Part shown: in pieces, positions 1 to 6,284 of the stretch
Layout: every line of letters begins with the position of its first letter
Position numbering within the stretch: the stretch's first letter is position 1
Notes under the pieces: model-generated
Databases searched by the model: none
What the model saw: the letters and a program-made list of their open reading frames with translations, nothing else
What the model was told of the DNA's origin: nothing
Translations under genes and position numbers: made by a program
From: Polyangiaceae bacterium
GTDB lineage: Bacteria > Myxococcota_A > Polyangia > Polyangiales > Polyangiaceae
DNA: 26,610 nucleotides
Assembly: GCA_044222475.1 (NCBI GenBank)
Contig: JBGANF010000112.1
Location: 1-26,610 of the forward strand
Direction: 5' to 3'

Positions 1-332
1 GCGCTTCCGATGATCACGCCGGCGAGCACCGAGCCCGCCGCGCTATTTCCGTCGCTCTCGGTCGTCGGCGTGCGGCTCATCGGGCGGCAGACGACGTTCT
101 CGCCCTCTTGCGTGCAATCGAAGATGCGGGTCTGCCCGCAACCGTGGGCGGAGTAGCGCGCGACGTGGTCGTCGGATGCGCTCTCGCTCTCCAACCGAAT
201 GAGCGACGGGTCGCAGCTCATCTGTCGAGACGCATAGTCGACGACGCGATCCTCGTCGGAGACGCGAGTGACGTAACACGCCGCGAGCGCGAGCGCGGAG
301 AGCGCGAGGAACACGCGGCGCGAACGCCTCAT
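1..332 (-). CDS. Putative lipoprotein, 3' end runs off the window
   Basis: Not in the ORF track. Minus-strand frame from ATG 332 reads MRRSRRVFLALSALALAAC-YVTRVSDEDRVVDYASRQMSCDP...YSAHGCGQTRIFDC... with no stop before the edge. Basic N-region, hydrophobic core and LAAC lipobox. Start overlaps the upstream gene's stop (ATGA, 329-332). Confidence 0.8.
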   Translation of the reverse strand, partial: MRRSRRVFLALSALALAACYVTRVSDEDRVVDYASRQMSCDPSLIRLESESASDDHVARYSAHGCGQTRIFDCTQEGENVVCRPMSRTPTTESDGNSAAGSVLAGVIIGS

Positions 333-1204
333 TGTTGAAAGCAGTACAGGTGGTTCGCGAGCGTCGCACTGCACGAGGTCGGCGCCGCGTTGTCGGTCCA
401 CTCGGCGGACGTCTGACCGGAAGTCCCACCGAAGAAGGTCCCCGTCGTTGTCTCGGTCCAGCTCACGCAGTGGTAGCTGCTCGTGTTGGCGTCGCCGTTG
501 ACTCTCACGTTCGTCAAGACCTTGACCCCGCTGGCAGCTGTCTTCGCCTCGGTCATGTCGATGCCGTGGAGGAGCGGCGGCGTCGCGAGCGCTGCGAAGC
601 TGTTGGCCACCTTGGTGCCGTTCGGAAGAATGTAGGGGGTGCTCGACTTGGTCGTGAACGAGTTCGACGGTGCGATGGTCCCGTCGCTGATCCACGCCTT
701 GAAGGTCCCCGTGAAGCCGCCTTTCTTCGCCGCTGCATCACAGATCGCGTCCGCCTGCGCGACACCGCCGATCCCGGTGCCGTAGGCATCCTGGGTGACG
801 AAGACGATCCTGTCGCACTCGCCGTTCGTGCAGTTCGCGTTCGGACAGATGACGCCGCACTTCCCGCAGTTCTTCGAGTCACTCTTCGTGTCGGTGCAGC
901 TGTTGCTGCCTTTGCAGAACGTCTTCGTCCCGTCGGTGCATGCGCAGTCCGACGCCTTGCACGTCGAACCGGTCGGGCAAACCGTGTTGCACGCGCCGCA
1001 GTTCGCGTCGTCCGAGGTGACGTCCGTGCAGACGGTTTGAGAGCCTTTGGTGCACTCCTTCTTCGGTGCCGCACAGGAGGCGCCGTCGCCTTGGGGCGAC
1101 GAGTCCGTCCCGCCGTCGTTCGAGTTCGTCGGCGTGGGTGAATCGCCCACGCAAGCGACGAGGAGAAGAGCGCAACTGCACAGCGAAGCGACGACGCGTT
1201 TCAT
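329..1204 (-). CDS. Cys-rich lipoprotein with two DxxNCGxCxxxC repeats and a C-terminal DUF1554-like (endostatin-like) domain
   Basis: Signal MKRVVASLCSCALLLVAC; repeats TSDDANCGACNTVC and KSDSKNCGKCGVIC; C-domain RIVFVT...GIGGVAQADAIC...FKAWISD...HLYCFQQ. Start is ATG 1204 or 1210; 1204 chosen because TAGCCT lies 7 nt upstream. Confidence 0.85.
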   Translation of the reverse strand: MKRVVASLCSCALLLVACVGDSPTPTNSNDGGTDSSPQGDGASCAAPKKECTKGSQTVCTDVTSDDANCGACNTVCPTGSTCKASDCACTDGTKTFCKGSNSCTDTKSDSKNCGKCGVICPNANCTNGECDRIVFVTQDAYGTGIGGVAQADAICDAAAKKGGFTGTFKAWISDGTIAPSNSFTTKSSTPYILPNGTKVANSFAALATPPLLHGIDMTEAKTAASGVKVLTNVRVNGDANTSSYHCVSWTETTTGTFFGGTSGQTSAEWTDNAAPTSCSATLANHLYCFQQ

Positions 1205-1250
1205 CGCCATGAGGCTACTGGCTTTCTCGGTCCACGTCGCGTCGTGCGCT

Positions 1251-3377
1251 TTACTTCCCCTGAAGATCGAATTGCTCGAGATGGTACTCCTTGCGCGGAG
1301 TCACCGTAATCTTGCGCATGAACTTGTTCTCGGCCACCGCGACCGCGTCCTTCTCCGGACCGGTCAGCAGGTCGGCCACCGCGGGGTGCGCGTTGACCAC
1401 GATCGTGTAGCCCGGGAGATCGCGGCGGCGACGCCGGATCTCACGCATGATCTCGTAGGCGATGGTCTCCTTCGACTGAAGCTGGCCGGTGCCGTCGCAG
1501 TAGAAGCACGGCTCGTGCAGCAGCCGCCCGAGGCTCTCGCGCGTGCGCTTGCGCGTCATCTCGATGAGGCCGAGGTCGGAGATCCGGTTGAGCGTCGTCT
1601 TCGCCTTGTCCTTCTGGAGAAGGTCTTCGAGCGTGCGCCGCACCTTCTCTCGGTTGGACGATCGCTCCATGTCGATCAAGTCGAGGATGATCAGCCCGCC
1701 GATGTTTCGGAAGCGGAGCTGATACGCGATCTCGTTGACCGCCTCGATGTTGGTCTTGAGGATCGTCTCCTCCATGTCCTTGGAGCCCTTGCCGACGAAC
1801 CGACCGGTGTTGACGTCGATCGCGGTGAGCGCCTCGGCCTGATCGATGATCAGGTAGCCGCCCGACGGGAGCGGCACCTTGCGCGACAGCGCGCGCGCGA
1901 TCTCGTCCTCGATGCCGTACGCGTCGAAGATCGGCTCTTCTTCCTGGTAGAGCTCGACGTCCTTCACGCGCTCGGGGGCGAACACCTCGACGAAGCGGAT
2001 GAGGCGCTCGTACTGGGTCTTGTCGTCGATGATGATCGTGTCGACGTCGTCGGTGAAGAGGTCACGCGCCGTCTTCACGACGAGGTCGAGCTCGCTCATC
2101 AGGAGGCTCGGTGAGCGCGCGCCTTCGCGCTTCTTCGCGATCTCGCCCCAGAGGCGCACGAGGTAGCCGACGTCGGCCTTGAGCTGCTTCTTCGTGAGGC
2201 CCTCGGCCACGGTGCGGACGATGAGCCCGCCGCTCGGCGGCTTCATCCCCTCGATCGTCTCGCGCAGGCGAGCGCGCTCCTTGTCGGAGCCGATGCGCTT
2301 CGAGATGCCGATGTGATCGACGGTCGGAAGGTAGACGACGTAGCGCCCCGGCAACGAGATGTGGCTCGAGCAGCGTGCGCCCTTGGTGCCGATCGGATCC
2401 TTCGTGACTTGGACGATGATGTCTTGGCCTTCCTTGACGACGTCGCGGATCGGCGTCGACTTCGAGATGCGCGAGAGGGAGCCCTGACGGTTCTTGTCGC
2501 GACCGCCCTCGCGGTTGCGACCCCGATCGCCGCCTCCGCCACCGCCACCCTGACCACGGTCGCCTTCGCGACCGCGACCGCGACCACGACCACGACCACG
2601 ACCGCGACCGCGACCACGACCACGGTCGCCGCCTCCGCCGCTCGCCTCGCGGGGAGCAGCACGAGGAACCGGCTCGCCGGGATCACTCACGGTGAAGCCG
2701 GGAAGACCTTCCATCTCGAGGTCTTCGCTCGCCGCGGCGCCGAGGACGTCGTCTTCTTCGTCGCCTTCCGCTTCCGGCTCCGGCTCCCCGTCCGAGTCCG
2801 CATCCGCTTCCGCTTCCGCGTCGGCTTCCGCATCCGCTTCCGCTTCCGCGTCCGCTTCCGCGTCCGCTTCCGCTTCCTCTTCTTCGTCGGCAGCCGCTTC
2901 CGCGACGACCGGCGCGGAGGGTTCGTCGAGGGCGGGCATGGATCCCTCGGACGGCGGCGCCGTGACGTCACCGCTGGGCGCGGCGGCGGGCGCAGCCGCA
3001 GCGGCCGCGAGCGCCTCGGGCCCGAGCTCGGCCTCGGCCTCGCTGTCGAGCTCTTCGTCTCCGGTCACTTCGACGGATTCCTTCTCTTCTTCGCGCGCGT
3101 GCTTGCGACCGCCAGCGAGGTAGGTGTCGAAATCGGCCGGACGGATCAGATCCTCGACGTGGAGGAACGCGGCGCGCTCCTGGCCGATGTCGATGAACGC
3201 CGCCTGGAGGCCAGGGAGCACCCTGGTGACCTTCCCGAGGACGACGTTACCGACGCTGCTCGGCTGCGAGCTCGACCCGCGGCGTTCGATGTGGAGCTCG
3301 GCGATGATTCCGCCTTCGATGAGCGCGACGCGCGTCTCGCGGACGTCGACGCTGATGACGAGCACGTTCTTGGACAT
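1251..3377 (-). CDS. Rne/Rng family ribonuclease (RNase E/G) with a large low-complexity insert in S1
   Basis: ETRVALIE start; S1 GNVVLGKVTRVLPGLQAAFIDIG; VQVTKDPIGTKGAR; 5'-sensor GLIVRT; catalytic ALTAIDVNTG and GGLIILDLIDM; Zn-link CFYCDGTG. Start placed at MSKNVLVISV (ATG 3377) by family pattern. No C-terminal scaffold. Confidence 0.95.
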   Translation of the reverse strand: MSKNVLVISVDVRETRVALIEGGIIAELHIERRGSSSQPSSVGNVVLGKVTRVLPGLQAAFIDIGQERAAFLHVEDLIRPADFDTYLAGGRKHAREEEKESVEVTGDEELDSEAEAELGPEALAAAAAAPAAAPSGDVTAPPSEGSMPALDEPSAPVVAEAAADEEEEAEADAEADAEAEADAEADAEAEADADSDGEPEPEAEGDEEDDVLGAAASEDLEMEGLPGFTVSDPGEPVPRAAPREASGGGGDRGRGRGRGRGRGRGRGRGREGDRGQGGGGGGGDRGRNREGGRDKNRQGSLSRISKSTPIRDVVKEGQDIIVQVTKDPIGTKGARCSSHISLPGRYVVYLPTVDHIGISKRIGSDKERARLRETIEGMKPPSGGLIVRTVAEGLTKKQLKADVGYLVRLWGEIAKKREGARSPSLLMSELDLVVKTARDLFTDDVDTIIIDDKTQYERLIRFVEVFAPERVKDVELYQEEEPIFDAYGIEDEIARALSRKVPLPSGGYLIIDQAEALTAIDVNTGRFVGKGSKDMEETILKTNIEAVNEIAYQLRFRNIGGLIILDLIDMERSSNREKVRRTLEDLLQKDKAKTTLNRISDLGLIEMTRKRTRESLGRLLHEPCFYCDGTGQLQSKETIAYEIMREIRRRRRDLPGYTIVVNAHPAVADLLTGPEKDAVAVAENKFMRKITVTPRKEYHLEQFDLQGK
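2571..2624 (-). repeat. Nine tandem 6-bp units (accRcg) encoding (RG)9 inside the RNase insert
   Basis: accgcg/accacg units counted directly from 2571 to 2624. Confidence 0.9.
2797..2878 (-). repeat. Imperfect 6-bp tandem repeat (tccgcN) encoding an (AE/AD)n acidic tract
   Basis: tccgca/tccgct/tccgcg units; protein EAEADAEADAEAEADAEADAEAEADAD. Confidence 0.9.
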
Positions 3378-3865
3378 GTGGTTCTGGAAGCTTTCTCGTG
3401 ATCGCGTCCCCTGTTTCCCGCGCATGGGCGCGGCGTCGGGGGAGCTCGATGCACGGGGAGATCTGGCCGGGGCCGAATCTCGCTGGAGGGAACGTTTGCG
3501 CGACGAGCTCCGTAGAGGAGCAGCCGCAGAAAATTTCGGAAGCCGTCGAGATGACGGAGTTCCTGACTCGGATTGGTAACCGGACCCCGTGCACCATGCA
3601 AGTCTTTACAGGCCTGCGAGCTCGTGAGTCGGAAGTACCCGTAACCACAAAGGAAAAGCCCCGCCACACCTTTCCACGCTACCGTTGCTCCCTCTCGGGC
3701 CTGGCGGGGTTCACGTTTCCGGGTCGACGGGGCCACAAAGCCGGCGGGGTGGAAACACCTCGCAGGACAAAGGTGTTGGTAGCCCACCGCGTTCCGCTTT
3801 GCAACCCGGCCCGAGCCGTCTACCTTCCGCGTCGCGTTCATCCAAGAAGTCGATCCAAAGAACCC

Positions 3866-4741
3866 ATGAGCCCCTTCGCCGAGATTCAACTCATCTTTCA
3901 GCGCGAGATGCGGAAGAGCGTCCGCAGCGTGAAAGGCATCATCCTCGCGGTGCTAGCGCTGCTTGCGAGCGGTGTCGCCTCTCTCGTCTGCATCACCCTC
4001 GAGGCCGCCCAGCGCGACAAGCTCAGCGCCGGCGACACCGAGGCGTTCTACAAGATGCAGGAAGACGCGCTCTCCAAGGCCGGCGCCTCGCCGGACCTCG
4101 CGCACTACCTGTCGCACGTTCCGCTCTCGCTCCACCTCTTCTTGAAGTTCGGCGTGTGGGTAGCTCCGGCGCTCGTCGTGTTCATCGGGTTCGACTCGGT
4201 GTCGTCCGACGTCCAGCATCGAGCGGTCCGCTATTGGACGGTGCGCACGCGCAGGTGGACGTACCTCCTCGGCAAGTTCCTGGGCCTCTGGGCGACGGTC
4301 TCGCTCGTGACCCTCGCGCTCTACGTGTTCGCCGCGACCGCGGTCCTCATCAAGGGCTACATCTCGTTCGGCGAGTTCTTCAAGTGGGGACTCCAGTTCT
4401 GGTTTTTCTCGGCGCTCATCGCGAGCACGTGGTGCGCAGTCGCGGTGTTCGTCAGCTCTCAGCTGAAGACCCCCTTCCTCGCGCTCTTCGCCACCCTGGC
4501 CGCGTTCTTCTTGCTGTGGCTCCCCGGCTTCGTGGGCTGGGTGCTCCGCGTGAACGACGCGCTCGACAGCGGCCACCTCGCCGACCTTCGCTGGTTCGAA
4601 TACATCTACCCGAACGCCTACGACGATCTTCTGATCAACCCCAAGTGGTCGAAGACCCTCACCGGGATCGGCGCAGTGCTCGTGCACTGGGTGATCTTCA
4701 TCGGCGGAGGAGCGTGGCTCTTCGAGAAGAAGGACGTCTGA
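3866..4741 (+). CDS. ABC-2 type transporter permease
   Basis: MSPFAEIQLIFQREMRKSVRS start; about six hydrophobic helices; GFDSVSSD...R..YLLGKFLG motif; ends FEKKDV. Stop overlaps the ATPase start (TGATG). The track's 3398 start is an over-extension. Confidence 0.9.
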   Translation: MSPFAEIQLIFQREMRKSVRSVKGIILAVLALLASGVASLVCITLEAAQRDKLSAGDTEAFYKMQEDALSKAGASPDLAHYLSHVPLSLHLFLKFGVWVAPALVVFIGFDSVSSDVQHRAVRYWTVRTRRWTYLLGKFLGLWATVSLVTLALYVFAATAVLIKGYISFGEFFKWGLQFWFFSALIASTWCAVAVFVSSQLKTPFLALFATLAAFFLLWLPGFVGWVLRVNDALDSGHLADLRWFEYIYPNAYDDLLINPKWSKTLTGIGAVLVHWVIFIGGGAWLFEKKDV

Positions 4742-5922
4742 TGGTCGACGAGGAGAAGAAGGTGGACACCGCGTCCGACAAAGAGCCCGAGGAGAAGGCC
4801 GAGAAAGCCGAAGCGAAGGCCGAGAAAGCCGAGCCGAAGGCCGAGAAGGCCGAAGCGAAGGCCGAGAAGCCCAAGCCTAAGGACGACGACGACGAGGACG
4901 CCAAGCCCAAGGCCAAGGTGAAGCTCGTCGACGACGACGAGAAGAAGAAGAAGAAGCCGAAGGAGACGGCCGTTCGCCTCTCGAAGCTCACGAAGTCGTT
5001 CGGCGAGAAGATGGCCGTCGACGACGTCACGCTCAACATCCGCGCGGGCTGGATCTACGGGCTCATCGGCCCGAACGGCGCCGGCAAGACGACCACGTTC
5101 TCGATGATGGCGGGCTACCTCGAACCGACCCACGGCTCGGTGGAGATCCTCGGCCACTCGCCGCGCAACGTGGACGCGCTTCGGTCGCGCCTCGGCGTAC
5201 TGCCGCAAGACGCGCTGCTCCCCTCGGCCGACAAGGTCGGCGAGTTCATGGTCCACATGGCGCGCCTCCAGAACATCCCTGGAACGAAGGCTCTCTCCGC
5301 CGCGCGCGACGCGCTCCAAGAGGTCGGCGGGATGGACTGGTGGGGTCTGCGCTGCGGAACGCTCTCCCACGGCATGCAGAAGCGCGTCGCGCTCGCGCAG
5401 GCCCTCATGGGGGACCCCGAGGTCGTGTTCCTCGACGAGCCGACCGCCGGTCTCGACCCCCGTGTCGCCTACGACGTTCGTCAGCTCGTGAAGTCGCGCA
5501 AGGGCAAGTGCACGATCATCATCTCGAGCCACAACCTCCAAGAGCTCGAAGAGGTGTGCGACGCGGCCGCCGTACTCGACCACGGGAAGCTCGTCGCCAA
5601 CGGCACGATCCAGGAGCTCACCGCCGCGAGCGAAGAGATCTACATCAAGCTCGGTCCGATGCCGCGCGTCCCTGGCCAGACCACGCGCGCAGCTCGCCCG
5701 CCGATCCCGATGGATCAGATCCGCGCGATCCCCGGCGTGACCCGCTCCGACTACGACGAGGACACGCGCGAGCTCGGCGTCTACTTCGAGCGCAAGACGA
5801 CCGACGCCGAGACCGTCATCGGCGCGACGCTGTGGATCCTGCTCAACGCGCAGATCCGCATCAGCGGCGTGAGCAAGGGCCGCGGCCTCGAAGCCCGCGT
5901 CATGGACCTCACCGACGACTAG
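4741..5922 (+). CDS. ABC transporter ATP-binding protein with a K/E/A/D-rich N-terminal extension
   Basis: Walker A GPNGAGKT, signature LSHGMQKR, Walker B VVFLDEPTAGLDP, H-loop ISSH. ATG at 4741. Confidence 0.95.
   Translation: MVDEEKKVDTASDKEPEEKAEKAEAKAEKAEPKAEKAEAKAEKPKPKDDDDEDAKPKAKVKLVDDDEKKKKKPKETAVRLSKLTKSFGEKMAVDDVTLNIRAGWIYGLIGPNGAGKTTTFSMMAGYLEPTHGSVEILGHSPRNVDALRSRLGVLPQDALLPSADKVGEFMVHMARLQNIPGTKALSAARDALQEVGGMDWWGLRCGTLSHGMQKRVALAQALMGDPEVVFLDEPTAGLDPRVAYDVRQLVKSRKGKCTIIISSHNLQELEEVCDAAAVLDHGKLVANGTIQELTAASEEIYIKLGPMPRVPGQTTRAARPPIPMDQIRAIPGVTRSDYDEDTRELGVYFERKTTDAETVIGATLWILLNAQIRISGVSKGRGLEARVMDLTDD
4795..4869 (+). repeat. About 3.5 copies of a 21-bp unit encoding KAEKAE(A/P)
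   Basis: aaggccgagaaagccgaagcg / aaggccgagaaagccgagccg / aaggccgagaaggccgaagcg / aaggccgagaag. Confidence 0.85.
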
Positions 5923-5924
5923 TC

Positions 5925-5979
5925 TGGGGGAGGCGGTTCCCCAAGAAAGCGTTGTAACCGCGAGTGCCGATCGGGCACT
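5925..5979 (+). terminator. Two short hairpins after the ABC ATPase (possible weak terminator or stability element)
   Basis: tggggga-ggcgg-ttcccca (5925-5943, one G-U pair) and agtgcc-gatcg-ggcact (5963-5979). No U-tract. Confidence 0.3.
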
Positions 5980-5987
5980 GTGGATCC

Positions 5988-6245
5988 ATGCGCAAGATTC
6001 TTCTGCTCGGTCCCGTCGTCTTTGCAATCGCCGTCGCCGCCTGCAGCGGGCGCGGTGACGTAGGTGAGAGCTGCAAGACCGGCGGCAGCACCGACGAGTG
6101 CGTGTCTGGTTCGATCTGCAGCAAGACCATCTCCGGGGCGCAGACGTGCCAGAAGGTCTGCGTCGACCAGAAGGATTGCCCGACCGGTACCACCTGCAAC
6201 GGCGTGACCGGGTCCAGCACGAAGAGCTGCCGCCCCGACACCTGA
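5988..6245 (+). CDS. Small Cys-rich lipoprotein (85 aa)
   Basis: MRKILLLGPVVFAIAVAAC lipoprotein signal; 8 further Cys in the mature part. Confidence 0.85.
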   Translation: MRKILLLGPVVFAIAVAACSGRGDVGESCKTGGSTDECVSGSICSKTISGAQTCQKVCVDQKDCPTGTTCNGVTGSSTKSCRPDT

Positions 6246-6284
6246 CGTGACATTCTCGGGGGATATGGCAGAAGCAGCGTCCCC

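Noticed and set aside
2571..2878. Short tandem repeats as CRISPR or phase-variation tracts
   Set aside because: No spacers or cas genes; units are multiples of 3 with synonymous variation, so they are protein-level repeats.
3398..4740. Long upstream extensions of the permease (from 3398) and ATPase (from 3685)
   Set aside because: Open frames expected from high GC; family-like sequence starts at 3866 and 4741.
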